DNA from: Escherichia coli
GTDB taxonomy: Bacteria; Pseudomonadota; Gammaproteobacteria; Enterobacterales; Enterobacteriaceae
Direction: 5' to 3' (one strand)
Length of the DNA stretch: 64,000 nucleotides
NCBI RefSeq assembly: GCF_044324785.1
Contig: NZ_CP172127.1
Part shown: positions 35,126 to 46,860 of the stretch, one piece after another
Layout of the letters: each line of letters opens with the position of its first letter
Position numbering within the stretch: the first letter of the stretch is position 1
The notes under the pieces: model-generated
What the model was told of the DNA's origin: nothing
The model's input: the letters and a program-made list of their open reading frames with translations, nothing else
The model's database searches: none
Position numbers and translations under genes: made by a program

Positions 35126-35695
35126 ATGAAACGACTCATTGTAGGCATCAGCGGTGCCAGTGGCGCGATTTATGGCGTGCGTTTATTACAGGTTCTGCGC
35201 GATGTCACAGATATCGAAACGCATCTGGTAATGAGCCAGGCGGCGCGCCAGACCTTATCTCTTGAAACGGATTTTTCCCTGCGCGAAGTGCAGGCATTAG
35301 CCGATGTGACGCACGATGCGCGCGATATTGCTGCCAGCATTTCTTCCGGTTCTTTCCAGACACTGGGGATGGTGATTTTACCCTGTTCAATCAAAACCCT
35401 GTCCGGCATTGTCCATAGCTATACTGATGGCTTACTGACCCGTGCGGCAGATGTGGTGCTGAAAGAGCGTCGCCCGCTGGTGCTCTGCGTGCGTGAAACA
35501 CCATTGCACTTAGGCCATCTGCGTTTAATGACCCAGGCGGCAGAAATCGGTGCGGTGATTATGCCTCCCGTTCCGGCGTTTTATCATCGCCCGCAATCCC
35601 TTGATGATGTGATAAATCAGACGGTTAACCGTGTACTCGATCAATTCGCCATAACGCTTCCTGAAGATCTCTTTGCCCGCTGGCAGGGCGCATAA
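35126..35695 (+). CDS. ubiX: Flavin prenyltransferase UbiX
   Basis: 189-aa ORF MKRLIVGISGASGAIYGVRLLQVL... Confidence 0.95.
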   Translation: MKRLIVGISGASGAIYGVRLLQVLRDVTDIETHLVMSQAARQTLSLETDFSLREVQALADVTHDARDIAASISSGSFQTLGMVILPCSIKTLSGIVHSYTDGLLTRAADVVLKERRPLVLCVRETPLHLGHLRLMTQAAEIGAVIMPPVPAFYHRPQSLDDVINQTVNRVLDQFAITLPEDLFARWQGA

Positions 35696-35703
35696 CCTCA
35701 TTG

Positions 35704-35727
35704 TTGCCCTGTTTCAGGGCAATTTTG
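35704..35727 (+). terminator. Rho-independent terminator after ubiX
   Basis: Stem ttgccctg/cagggcaa, loop ttt, followed by ttttg. Confidence 0.6.
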
Positions 35728-35876
35728 CAACCGCGATCAAATCCTCGACATTTTGTTCCTTTCGATGAATCGAAACGCTGCGATTCAACCGCCATACCTG
35801 CTATCTTCAACTTCAGGACAATAATGCAACGTCTTATTAACATATTTAACGTTGAATGTTACTGTTGTCGTAAAGA

Positions 35877-35893
35877 TGGCATAAGACCTGCAT
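35877..35893 (+). promoter_or_regulatory. Sigma54-type (-24/-12) promoter upstream of argT
   Basis: TGGCATaagacCTGCAT has GG and GC elements at the correct spacing; about 70 bp upstream of argT; consistent with known nitrogen (NtrC) control of argT. Confidence 0.6.
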
Positions 35894-35960
35894 GAAAGAG
35901 CCTGCAAACACACAACACAATACACAACATAAAAAAGCCATTTTCACTTGAGGGTTATGT

Positions 35961-36743
35961 ATGAAGAAGTCGATTCTCGCTCTGTCTTTGTTAGTCGGTC
36001 TCTCCGCAGCGGCTTCCAGCTATGCGGCGCTACCGGAGACGGTACGTATCGGAACCGATACCACCTATGCGCCGTTCTCATCGAAAGATGCCAAAGGTGA
36101 CTTTGTTGGTTTTGATATCGATCTCGGTAACGAGATGTGCAAACGGATGCAGGTGAAATGTACCTGGGTTGCCAGTGACTTTGACGCGCTGATCCCCTCA
36201 CTGAAAGCGAAAAAAATCGACGCCATTATTTCGTCGCTCTCCATTACCGATAAACGTCAGCAGGAGATTGCTTTCTCCGACAAGTTGTACGCCGCAGATT
36301 CTCGTTTGATTGCCGCCAAAGGTTCACCGATTCAGCCAACGCTGGATTCACTGAAAGGTAAACATGTTGGTGTGCTGCAGGGATCAACCCAGGAAGCATA
36401 CGCTAACGAGACCTGGCGTAGCAAAGGCGTGGATGTGGTGGCCTATGCCAACCAGGATTTGGTTTATTCCGATCTGGCTGCAGGACGTCTGGATGCTGCG
36501 TTACAAGATGAAGTTGCTGCCAGTGAAGGATTCCTCAAGCAACCTGCTGGTAAAGATTTCGCCTTTGCTGGCTCATCAGTGAAAGACAAAAAATACTTCG
36601 GTGACGGCACCGGTGTAGGGCTACGTAAAGATGATGCTGAACTGACGGCGGCGTTTAATAAGGCGCTTGGCGAGCTGCGTCAGGACGGTACCTACGACAA
36701 GATGGCGAAAAAGTATTTCGACTTTAATGTCTACGGTGACTGA
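35961..36743 (+). CDS. argT: Lysine/arginine/ornithine-binding periplasmic protein
   Basis: 260-aa ORF with signal peptide; paralog of hisJ. Confidence 0.95.
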   Translation: MKKSILALSLLVGLSAAASSYAALPETVRIGTDTTYAPFSSKDAKGDFVGFDIDLGNEMCKRMQVKCTWVASDFDALIPSLKAKKIDAIISSLSITDKRQQEIAFSDKLYAADSRLIAAKGSPIQPTLDSLKGKHVGVLQGSTQEAYANETWRSKGVDVVAYANQDLVYSDLAAGRLDAALQDEVAASEGFLKQPAGKDFAFAGSSVKDKKYFGDGTGVGLRKDDAELTAAFNKALGELRQDGTYDKMAKKYFDFNVYGD

Positions 36744-36782
36744 TACGTCGCAGGGAAACTGTACCTGATGGAATGATCATCA

Positions 36783-36818
36783 TGGTGCACGCCAGGTTTG
36801 TTGCACTATCGTGGTGCA
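36783..36818 (+). promoter_or_regulatory. NtrC-like binding palindromes upstream of hisJ
   Basis: ggtgcacgccaggtttgttgcactatcgtggtgca contains TGCAC-N6-GGTGCA resembling the NtrC consensus. Confidence 0.4.
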
Positions 36819-36963
36819 TTGAAATGCATACTTAAGCATTTTTAATGAAAAATAATACGTCTAACGGGGCGGGATATTTTGCCTTGATGGTCAATTTTAT
36901 GGCACGATAAGTGTAACAAACCTGTAAATATTCCCTATAAAAAGACCGTCAGTTGAGGACATT

Positions 36964-37746
36964 ATGAAAAAACTGGTGCTATCGCTCTCTCTGGTTCTGG
37001 CCTTCTCCAGCGCAACTGCGGCGTTTGCTGCGATTCCGCAAAACATCCGCATCGGTACCGATCCGACCTATGCGCCATTTGAATCAAAAAATTCACAAGG
37101 CGAACTGGTTGGCTTCGATATCGATCTGGCAAAGGAGTTGTGCAAACGCATCAATACGCAATGTACGTTTGTCGAAAACCCACTGGATGCGTTAATCCCA
37201 TCCTTAAAAGCGAAGAAGATTGACGCCATCATGTCATCGCTTTCCATTACGGAAAAACGTCAGCAAGAAATAGCCTTCACCGACAAACTGTACGCTGCCG
37301 ATTCTCGTCTGGTGGTGGCGAAAAATTCCGACATTCAGCCGACAGTCGAGTCGCTGAAAGGCAAGCGGGTAGGCGTATTGCAGGGCACCACCCAGGAGAC
37401 GTTCGGTAACGAACATTGGGCACCAAAAGGCATTGAAATCGTTTCTTATCAGGGGCAGGACAACATTTATTCTGACCTGACTGCCGGACGTATTGATGCC
37501 GCGTTCCAGGATGAGGTCGCTGCCAGCGAAGGTTTCCTCAAGCAGCCAGTCGGTAAAGATTACAAATTCGGTGGCCCGTCTGTTAAAGATGAAAAACTGT
37601 TTGGCGTAGGGATCGGCATGGGCCTGCGTAAAGAAGATAACGAACTGCGCGAGGCTCTGAACAAAGCCTTTGCCGAAATGCGCGCTGACGGTACTTACGA
37701 GAAATTAGCGAAAAAGTACTTCGATTTTGATGTTTATGGTGGTTAA
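36964..37746 (+). CDS. hisJ: Histidine-binding periplasmic protein
   Basis: 260-aa [43 protein letters not shown]... Confidence 0.95.
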   Translation: MKKLVLSLSLVLAFSSATAAFAAIPQNIRIGTDPTYAPFESKNSQGELVGFDIDLAKELCKRINTQCTFVENPLDALIPSLKAKKIDAIMSSLSITEKRQQEIAFTDKLYAADSRLVVAKNSDIQPTVESLKGKRVGVLQGTTQETFGNEHWAPKGIEIVSYQGQDNIYSDLTAGRIDAAFQDEVAASEGFLKQPVGKDYKFGGPSVKDEKLFGVGIGMGLRKEDNELREALNKAFAEMRADGTYEKLAKKYFDFDVYGG

Positions 37747-37835
37747 TCGCCATCGGTGAAAGAAAGCCCGCTCCCTTTGGGTAACCGGAGGGAGACAAGA
37801 GGCGGTAATTCACCACACACGACAGGACAGGCTGC

Positions 37836-38522
37836 ATGTTGTATGGGTTTTCAGGTGTTATTTTACAGGGTGCGCTCGTCACGCTGGAGCTGGCTATCAG
37901 CTCTGTAGTGCTCGCTGTAATCATCGGTTTAATTGGCGCTGGCGGTAAGCTCTCGCAAAATCGGCTTTCGGGCCTTATTTTCGAAGGCTACACCACGCTG
38001 ATTCGAGGCGTGCCGGACTTGGTGTTGATGCTGCTAATTTTCTACGGTTTGCAGATTGCACTAAACACGGTGACGGAGGCGATGGGCGTCGGGCAGATTG
38101 ATATCGATCCGATGGTCGCTGGTATTATTACTCTCGGTTTTATCTACGGTGCTTATTTTACCGAAACGTTCCGTGGTGCTTTTATGGCAGTGCCGAAAGG
38201 ACATATAGAGGCGGCGACGGCGTTCGGTTTCACTCGTGGGCAAGTGTTTCGGCGGATCATGTTTCCGGCGATGATGCGTTACGCCCTGCCAGGCATTGGC
38301 AACAACTGGCAGGTGATCCTCAAATCTACCGCACTCGTTTCGTTACTCGGCCTGGAAGATGTGGTCAAAGCCACCCAACTGGCAGGCAAAAGTACCTGGG
38401 AACCGTTCTATTTCGCCATCGTCTGTGGCGTGATTTACCTGGTTTTCACCACTGTTTCCAATGGTGTGCTGCTGTTCCTTGAGCGCCGCTACTCCGTGGG
38501 TGTGAAGAGGGCTGACCTGTGA
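37836..38522 (+). CDS. hisQ: Histidine/basic amino acid ABC transporter permease
   Basis: 228-aa membrane ORF. Confidence 0.95.
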   Translation: MLYGFSGVILQGALVTLELAISSVVLAVIIGLIGAGGKLSQNRLSGLIFEGYTTLIRGVPDLVLMLLIFYGLQIALNTVTEAMGVGQIDIDPMVAGIITLGFIYGAYFTETFRGAFMAVPKGHIEAATAFGFTRGQVFRRIMFPAMMRYALPGIGNNWQVILKSTALVSLLGLEDVVKATQLAGKSTWEPFYFAIVCGVIYLVFTTVSNGVLLFLERRYSVGVKRADL

Positions 38523-39235
38523 TCGAAATCTTACATGAATACTGGAAACCGTTGTTGTGGACCGACGGTTATCGCTTTACTGGCGTGGCGATCACTCTGT
38601 GGCTGCTTATTTTGTCGGTAGTGATAGGCGGAGTCCTGGCGCTGTTTCTGGCGATTGGTCGTGTCTCCAGTAATAAATACATCCAGTTTCCAATCTGGTT
38701 ATTTACCTATATTTTTCGCGGTACGCCGCTGTATGTTCAGTTGCTGGTGTTCTATTCCGGCATGTATACGCTGGAGATTGTTAAGGGGACCGAGTTCCTT
38801 AACGCCTTTTTTCGCAGTGGCCTGAACTGTACCGTGCTGGCGCTGACGCTTAACACCTGCGCTTACACTACCGAGATTTTTGCCGGGGCAATCCGTTCAG
38901 TGCCGCATGGGGAAATTGAAGCCGCCAGAGCCTATGGCTTCTCGACCTTTAAAATGTATCGCTGCATTATTTTGCCATCGGCGCTGCGTATTGCGTTACC
39001 GGCCTACAGCAACGAAGTGATCCTGATGCTGCACTCTACTGCGCTGGCATTTACTGCCACGGTGCCGGATCTGCTGAAAATAGCCCGCGATATTAACGCC
39101 GCCACGTATCAACCTTTTACCGCCTTCGGCATTGCCGCGGTGCTCTATTTAATCATCTCTTATGTCCTGATCAGCCTCTTTCGCGGAGCGGAAAAACGCT
39201 GGTTGCAGCATGTGAAACCTTCTTCAACGCACTGA
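38519..39235 (+). CDS. hisM: Histidine/basic amino acid ABC transporter permease
   Basis: 238-aa membrane ORF overlapping hisQ stop. Confidence 0.95.
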   Translation: MIEILHEYWKPLLWTDGYRFTGVAITLWLLILSVVIGGVLALFLAIGRVSSNKYIQFPIWLFTYIFRGTPLYVQLLVFYSGMYTLEIVKGTEFLNAFFRSGLNCTVLALTLNTCAYTTEIFAGAIRSVPHGEIEAARAYGFSTFKMYRCIILPSALRIALPAYSNEVILMLHSTALAFTATVPDLLKIARDINAATYQPFTAFGIAAVLYLIISYVLISLFRGAEKRWLQHVKPSSTH

Positions 39236-39242
39236 GAATACG

Positions 39243-40016
39243 ATGTCCGAGAATAAATTAAACGTTATCGATTTGCACAAACGCTATGGCGAACACGAAG
39301 TGCTGAAAGGGGTGTCACTGCAAGCGAATGCCGGAGATGTAATAAGCATCATCGGATCGTCGGGATCGGGGAAAAGTACCTTTCTGCGCTGCATTAACTT
39401 CCTCGAAAAACCGAGCGAAGGATCGATCGTGGTCAATGGCCAGACGATCAATCTGGTGCGCGACAAAGACGGTCAACTCAAAGTCGCCGATAAAAATCAG
39501 CTGCGCTTACTGCGCACACGCCTGACGATGGTATTCCAGCACTTCAATCTCTGGAGCCATATGACGGTGCTGGAAAACGTCATGGAAGCGCCGATTCAGG
39601 TGTTGGGCCTGAGCAAGCAGGAAGCGCGCGAGCGGGCGATGAAGTATCTGGCGAAAGTCGGGATTGACGAACGTGCGCAGGGTAAATATCCGGTGCATCT
39701 TTCCGGCGGTCAACAACAGCGTGTTTCTATCGCGCGGGCGCTGGCGATGGAACCGGAAGTTTTACTGTTTGATGAACCTACCTCGGCGCTCGATCCTGAA
39801 CTGGTAGGCGAAGTGTTGCGCATTATGCAGCAACTGGCAGAAGAGGGGAAAACCATGGTGGTAGTGACTCACGAAATGGGCTTTGCTCGTCATGTTTCTA
39901 CTCACGTCATTTTCCTCCATCAGGGGAAAATAGAGGAAGAAGGCGCGCCGGAGCAGTTATTTGGCAACCCGCAAAGCCCTCGTCTGCAACAGTTCCTTAA
40001 AGGTTCGCTGAAATAA
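39243..40016 (+). CDS. hisP: Histidine/basic amino acid ABC transporter ATP-binding protein
   Basis: 257-aa ORF with Walker [10 protein letters not shown] and ABC signature LSGGQQQR. Confidence 0.97.
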   Translation: MSENKLNVIDLHKRYGEHEVLKGVSLQANAGDVISIIGSSGSGKSTFLRCINFLEKPSEGSIVVNGQTINLVRDKDGQLKVADKNQLRLLRTRLTMVFQHFNLWSHMTVLENVMEAPIQVLGLSKQEARERAMKYLAKVGIDERAQGKYPVHLSGGQQQRVSIARALAMEPEVLLFDEPTSALDPELVGEVLRIMQQLAEEGKTMVVVTHEMGFARHVSTHVIFLHQGKIEEEGAPEQLFGNPQSPRLQQFLKGSLK

Positions 40017-40020
40017 TTGC

Positions 40021-40052
40021 CTCTCCGGTGGCTAACGCTGCCGGAGTATTTT
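40021..40052 (+). terminator. Terminator-like hairpin after hisP
   Basis: Stem ctccgg/ccggag with 12-nt loop followed by tatttt. Confidence 0.5.
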
Positions 40053-40212
40053 CAAGGGGAATTTGCGAGTCCGCTTCCGCTGAAATGTAAAAGTTGCAGT
40101 CCGCTAAAAATACTTCTGAATTCGCTGTCCAAAGATAAAAACTGCCTGCTGCATTGGGTGTTAATCGTGGTTATTGTCGCGTCATCTTAAATTTGAGGGG
40201 TGACGGAACGCC

Positions 40213-41103
40213 ATGACAATATCGACAACTTCCACGCCGCATGATGCGGTATTTAAATCTTTTTTACGCCATCCAGACACCGCGCGGGATTTTATTGATA
40301 TTCATCTTCCTGCGCCGCTGCGCAAACTGTGTGATTTAACAACGCTTAAACTGGAACCAAACAGTTTTATTGATGAAGACCTGCGGCAATATTATTCCGA
40401 CCTCTTGTGGTCTGTGAAAACGCAGGAGGGAGCGGGTTATATTTATGTAGTGATAGAGCACCAAAGTAAGCCGGAAGAATTAATGGCTTTTCGCATGATG
40501 CGCTATTCCATTGCGGCGATGCAAAACCATCTTGATGCAGGCTATAAAGAGCTTCCATTGGTGATCCCGATGCTGTTTTATCATGGTTGCAGAAGTCCTT
40601 ATCCTTATTCACTCTGCTGGCTTGATGAATTTGCCGAGCCTGCGATTGCCCGCAAAATTTATTCATCGGCTTTTCCGCTGGTGGATATTACCGTGGTGCC
40701 GGATGACGAGATTATGCAACATCGCAAAATGGCGCTGTTGGAGTTAATTCAGAAACATATTCGTCAGCGCGATCTGCTGGGATTAGTCGACCAAATTGTT
40801 TCGCTGCTAGTTACAGGGAACACTAATGACAGACAGCTAAAAGCCCTGTTTAATTACGTATTACAAACGGGGGATGCCCAGCGTTTCCGTGCATTTATTG
40901 GTGAGATAGCGGAACGCGCACCACAAGAAAAGGAGAAACTGATGACCATTGCTGACAGATTACGTGAAGAAGGCGCAATGCAGGGCAAACACGAAGAAGC
41001 CCTGCGTATTGCTCAGGAGATGCTGGAGAGAGGTTTAGACAGAGAGTTAGTTATGATGGTGACCCGACTTTCACCAGACGATCTTATCGCGCAAAGCCAC
41101 TAA
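40213..41103 (+). CDS. rpnB: Recombination-promoting nuclease RpnB (YhgA-like, transposase_31 family)
   Basis: 296-aa [36 protein letters not shown]...; Rpn-family features; no flanking inverted repeats seen. Confidence 0.85.
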   Translation: MTISTTSTPHDAVFKSFLRHPDTARDFIDIHLPAPLRKLCDLTTLKLEPNSFIDEDLRQYYSDLLWSVKTQEGAGYIYVVIEHQSKPEELMAFRMMRYSIAAMQNHLDAGYKELPLVIPMLFYHGCRSPYPYSLCWLDEFAEPAIARKIYSSAFPLVDITVVPDDEIMQHRKMALLELIQKHIRQRDLLGLVDQIVSLLVTGNTNDRQLKALFNYVLQTGDAQRFRAFIGEIAERAPQEKEKLMTIADRLREEGAMQGKHEEALRIAQEMLERGLDRELVMMVTRLSPDDLIAQSH

Positions 41104-41150
41104 TTCTGTAACACCAGGAGTTAACTGGCGGATGTTTGCAGTAAACCACA

Positions 41151-42044
41151 TCAGCGAACAACATCCGCCAGCGCCTCTTCTAAATCGTACCAGCGAAACG
41201 CAAAACCCGCTTCTTCCAGCCGTTTAGGCAATGCTCGTTGTCCACCTAATACTAGTACTGAAGATTCGCCCATTAACAGTCGAATGGCGGTCACAGGGAC
41301 GCGCAAAATGGCCGGGCGATGCAGCGCATGACCGAGCGCATGGGCAAATTGTTCATTGCGTACCGGGTAGGGCGAAACCATATTAAATGGTCCACGCAGC
41401 TCGTTATCCAGCAGCCAGAGAATGCCGTTGACCATATCATCAATATGAATCCAGGCCAGATACTGCCGACCGGAGCCAATCGGCCCGCCCAGACCAAGAC
41501 GAAACGGCGGCAGCATTTTACTGAGAATACCGCCATCCGGTGCCAGCACTACGCCGGTACGCAGCAGGCACACTCGCGTTTTGTCACTTTGCGCCCGGCA
41601 GGCAATCTCTTCCCAGCGGGCGCAGAGTTTATGAGTAAATTCGTTATGCGGCGGTTCCTCTTCGGTAACCACCACTTCACCTAAGTCGCCATAATAGCCC
41701 GTTGCCGAGCCGGAAATGAGTACCGACGGTGGCGTGTCGCTGTCATTAATCAAATCCACCAGTTTTTGCGTGATATCCCAGCGGCTTTGGCAGAGACGCT
41801 CTTTTTGCTCGTGAGTCCAGCGTTTATCAGCAATCGGTTCTCCGGCCAGGTTGATTACCGCATCAACGCCGTTGAGGTTGCTTTGATCGGCAAGCCCTTG
41901 CCATAGTGTCACCCGAGGGCCGAGAACGGAACTGGCTTTCTGCGGGTTACGCGTCACTACCGTGATTTGGTGGCCCAGAGCCAGCAAACGCGGAATCAAA
42001 TGGCGACCAATTAATCCCGTCCCTCCGGTGATCACTATCTTCAT
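41151..42044 (-). CDS. yfcH: Epimerase-family NAD-binding protein YfcH
   Basis: 297-aa [24 protein letters not shown]... with Rossmann GxxGxxG. Confidence 0.9.
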   Translation of the reverse strand: MKIVITGGTGLIGRHLIPRLLALGHQITVVTRNPQKASSVLGPRVTLWQGLADQSNLNGVDAVINLAGEPIADKRWTHEQKERLCQSRWDITQKLVDLINDSDTPPSVLISGSATGYYGDLGEVVVTEEEPPHNEFTHKLCARWEEIACRAQSDKTRVCLLRTGVVLAPDGGILSKMLPPFRLGLGGPIGSGRQYLAWIHIDDMVNGILWLLDNELRGPFNMVSPYPVRNEQFAHALGHALHRPAILRVPVTAIRLLMGESSVLVLGGQRALPKRLEEAGFAFRWYDLEEALADVVR

Positions 42045-42064
42045 GCAGCCTCCCGATATGGCGG

Positions 42065-42427
42065 TTAACGCTGCCAGCTTAAGGTCATGGATACCGAATC
42101 GGCGTAGCGCAGCGCGTGCAGTTTATCGATCTCCACTTCAGCATACGTCACCCAGTGATGTTCACGTGCGATATCGAGCACATCCTGAGTTAATTTTTCC
42201 AGTAAAGAGAAACGGTTATTCTCTACATGCTGAATAATGTTTTTCGTTACAGTGCGATAATTCAGCGCATCGTTGATATCTTCGCTGGTGCGCGCTTTAT
42301 CGGCGGGATAGTGGATAGTCACATTGATAACAATATCCTGACGGTTGTTAATTTCTTCTTCCTTAATTCCGATAAACGTACGTAAACGAAGGTTCTTTAT
42401 ACGAATAATAGCGGCAGGTTGTGCCAT
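42065..42427 (-). CDS. folX: Dihydroneopterin triphosphate 2'-epimerase
   Basis: 120-aa [28 protein letters not shown]... Confidence 0.9.
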
Positions 42428-42483
42428 TGCAGGTTCTCCGTTGTTTTACTTAGGATGAAATAATACACGAGAACCTGTTTCTG

Positions 42484-43960
<1,477 letters not shown>

Positions 43961-43963
43961 TGA

Positions 43964-44518
43964 GTGATGAAACTGATGTTTGCATCGGACATTCATGGGT
44001 CGTTACCGGCGACGGAACGTGTTCTGGAGTTGTTTGCCCAAAGCGGTGCCCAATGGCTGGTGATCCTTGGCGACGTGTTGAATCACGGCCCGCGTAATGC
44101 TTTACCGGAGGGTTACGCGCCAGCCAAAGTCGCTGAACGGCTTAATGAAGTGGCACATAAGGTTATCGCTGTGCGCGGCAACTGCGACAGCGAAGTGGAT
44201 CAAATGCTTTTGCATTTCCCGATAACCGCGCCGTGGCAACAGGTATTACTGGAAAAACAACGTCTGTTTTTGACGCATGGTCATCTTTTTGGCCCGGAAA
44301 ATCTGCCTGCTTTAAACCAGAACGATGTGCTGGTTTACGGTCATACCCATCTGCCTGTGGCAGAACAGCGGGGGGAGATTTTCCACTTTAACCCCGGCTC
44401 GGTGAGTATTCCGAAAGGCGGTAATCCGGCGAGTTATGGCATGCTGGATAATGACGTACTTAGTGTAATCGCACTCAATGATCAAAGTATCATTGCGCAG
44501 GTCGCGATTAATCCGTAA
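43964..44518 (+). CDS. yfcE: Metallophosphoesterase (phosphodiesterase) YfcE
   Basis: 184-aa ORF with metallophosphoesterase motifs (DIHG, GDVLNHG, GHTH). Confidence 0.9.
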   Translation: MMKLMFASDIHGSLPATERVLELFAQSGAQWLVILGDVLNHGPRNALPEGYAPAKVAERLNEVAHKVIAVRGNCDSEVDQMLLHFPITAPWQQVLLEKQRLFLTHGHLFGPENLPALNQNDVLVYGHTHLPVAEQRGEIFHFNPGSVSIPKGGNPASYGMLDNDVLSVIALNDQSIIAQVAINP

Positions 44519-44575
44519 TTTACCCACAACTCAAAATGCGCCGTAAGAGCGCCAGAAAAAGAAGGTTTCCTGATA

Positions 44576-45118
44576 ATGGAACAGCGTCGTTTGGCAAGTA
44601 CTGAATGGGTGGATATTGTCAATGAAGAGAACGAAGTCATTGCACAAGCCAGCCGGGAACAAATGCGGGCACAGTGTCTGCGTCATCGTGCAACTTACAT
44701 CGTCGTGCATGATGGCATGGGCAAAATTCTGGTCCAGCGTCGTACCGAGACAAAAGACTTTTTACCCGGCATGTTAGATGCGACCGCAGGCGGTGTAGTC
44801 CAGGCCGATGAGCAACTGCTGGAATCCGCGCGTCGCGAAGCGGAAGAAGAGTTGGGCATTGCCGGCGTCCCCTTTGCCGAGCACGGGCAGTTCTATTTCG
44901 AAGATAAAAATTGCCGAGTCTGGGGCGCGTTGTTCAGTTGCGTCTCTCACGGTCCCTTCGCCCTACAGGAAGATGAAGTCAGTGAAGTTTGCTGGCTGAC
45001 GCCGGAAGAAATCACCGCACGCTGCGATGAGTTCACTCCAGACTCGCTGAAAGCGCTGGCGTTGTGGATGAAGCGCAATGCCAAAAATGAAGCCGTAGAG
45101 ACTGAAACGGCAGAATGA
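44576..45118 (+). CDS. yfcD: NUDIX hydrolase YfcD
   Basis: 180-aa ORF with a Nudix-box-like segment (REAEEELGI). Confidence 0.9.
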
Positions 45119-45120
45119 AA

Positions 45121-45150
45121 AAAGAGCCGCAATTGCGGCTCTTAACATTT
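45121..45150. terminator. Bidirectional terminator between convergent yfcD and yfcC
   Basis: Stem agagccgc/gcggctct with loop aatt; T-run on the minus strand (for yfcC) and weaker taacattttta on the plus strand. Confidence 0.65.
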
Positions 45151-46671
45151 TTAGTGGTAGCCCATCAACTGAGCGCCGATCACTACGACGCTGGACATAA
45201 TAAACAGCAGTCCAAGCAGGGTCGCGCCCACCTTCAGCCAGTTACGGAAGTCCACCCGGCACACACCGAGCGTCGCCATTAACGAAGCTGAGGTTGGGTA
45301 AATGATGTGACTGAAGCCATCACCAAACTGGAACGCCAGCACGGTAACCTGACGGTTAACACCGACCAGATCGCCAAGCGGTGCCAGTAACGGCATGGTT
45401 AACGCCGCCTGACCAGAACCAGACGTCACGAAGAAATTAAATACCGCCTGGAAGAGCAACATAAACCAGGCCGCGACCGCGTTGTCCAGACCGCTAATGG
45501 CATTGGCAATGCTGTTGAGGATGGTATTTAACACGCTGGCATCACCCGCTTCACCATTACCGACCAGCAGCAAAATCCCTTTGGCGAAACCCACCAGCAG
45601 GGCAGGGGCGATCATCATTCGCGCCCCTTCGGTAAAGGATGAAGCCATGGTATTAACCGTCATGCCGTTAAGGCGGAAAACAACGCCGATGATGCCAATC
45701 ACCAGACCCATGGTGAAGAACTGGCTGGCAATTTCAGGAATAAACCAGGCATTAACGATCACGCCCCAAATCACCCAGACCATTACGGCGGTCAGGACAA
45801 TTAATACCAGCCAGTCACCAAAGGTAAACGGACGTTGTTCAACATCCGCCTGCTTTTCACGAAAGAAGCGGTCGGACTCATGCACGCGTGACAGAAGAGG
45901 ATTCTTTTTCACACGTGAGGCGTACACCATGGTAAAGATCAGGCCAATCAGAGTGGCGATAACCCACACCACGATGCGCAACCCGGAGCCAGAAAGCACC
46001 GGAACGCCGGCAATCCCCTGAGCAACGACCACACAAAACGGGTTCATCCACGAACTGGCAAAACCGATTTGCGTGGCGATATAGGTCACCAGGACGGTGG
46101 TAATACTGTCATAGCCCAGCCGGACCATTAGCGGTGCGATGATAATGGCAAAGGCGACGGCCTCTTCTCCCATACCAAATACCGCGCCGCCAAGTGAAAA
46201 CAGAATAAAGAGCGCAGGAATAAAGAGAATTTCATTCCCGCGGGTATGGCGAATAAGCGCCAGGATACCGTTATCAATGGTTCCTGTACGCATCACAATG
46301 CCAAACGCGCCGCCAATCACCAGCATAAACATGATGATGCCAACGGCTGTCCCGTATTTCGATCCTGAGGTTAACCCTTCAAACGGGAAGTTCATCAGGC
46401 CCGGGCGTTCATCGCCCGTCGTGAACAGCTGTACGCGGTGATACTCTGGTTCGCCTGCTTCGTTAGTCAGAATGCGAAATGAGTGTGGATCTACGACTTT
46501 GCGTGTTTTTGTTTGACCATCAACCTGATACTGCACTTCCTGACTGTCAAACATGCCCACCGGAACTACCCAGGTGGCAAGACTGGTTAAAATAGCAACA
46601 AAAAAGATAATCACCAACGTATCGGGCATTGCCCATCTTCTGGTTGGTTTGGATTCAGTGATTGCGGACAT
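45151..46671 (-). CDS. yfcC: Putative inner membrane transporter YfcC
   Basis: Polytopic hydrophobic ORF; start chosen at the internal Met giving MSAITESKPTRRW... (506 aa); ORF track start at 46692 is an alternative. Confidence 0.85.
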   Translation of the reverse strand: MSAITESKPTRRWAMPDTLVIIFFVAILTSLATWVVPVGMFDSQEVQYQVDGQTKTRKVVDPHSFRILTNEAGEPEYHRVQLFTTGDERPGLMNFPFEGLTSGSKYGTAVGIIMFMLVIGGAFGIVMRTGTIDNGILALIRHTRGNEILFIPALFILFSLGGAVFGMGEEAVAFAIIIAPLMVRLGYDSITTVLVTYIATQIGFASSWMNPFCVVVAQGIAGVPVLSGSGLRIVVWVIATLIGLIFTMVYASRVKKNPLLSRVHESDRFFREKQADVEQRPFTFGDWLVLIVLTAVMVWVIWGVIVNAWFIPEIASQFFTMGLVIGIIGVVFRLNGMTVNTMASSFTEGARMMIAPALLVGFAKGILLLVGNGEAGDASVLNTILNSIANAISGLDNAVAAWFMLLFQAVFNFFVTSGSGQAALTMPLLAPLGDLVGVNRQVTVLAFQFGDGFSHIIYPTSASLMATLGVCRVDFRNWLKVGATLLGLLFIMSSVVVIGAQLMGYH

Positions 46672-46792
46672 AGCGCAAATATTCCCTTGCACAAAACAAA
46701 GTGGTAAGTATGCAAAGTGAGATGGCGCAATTCATTGATGCAGCGCAGTTAAGCAAGATAATCAGAAAGGATTAATGCAAATTAATAGAATA

Positions 46793-46822
46793 AAAAACCG
46801 GAAATAGTCACTATTTCCGGTT
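46793..46822 (-). terminator. Rho-independent terminator downstream of pta
   Basis: Stem ccggaaatag/ctatttccgg followed on the minus strand by a T6 run; a second hairpin atccgcagc/gctgcggat lies at 46828-46850. Confidence 0.7.
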
Positions 46823-46860
46823 CCGATATCCGCAGCGCAAAGCTGCGGATGATGACGAGA

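Noticed and set aside
40213..41103. Possible mobile element (IS or transposon) at rpnB
   Set aside because: Transposase-like domain only; no terminal inverted repeats or duplicated target site visible, and it is a single gene with normal flanks, so I call it a chromosomal CDS rather than a mobile element
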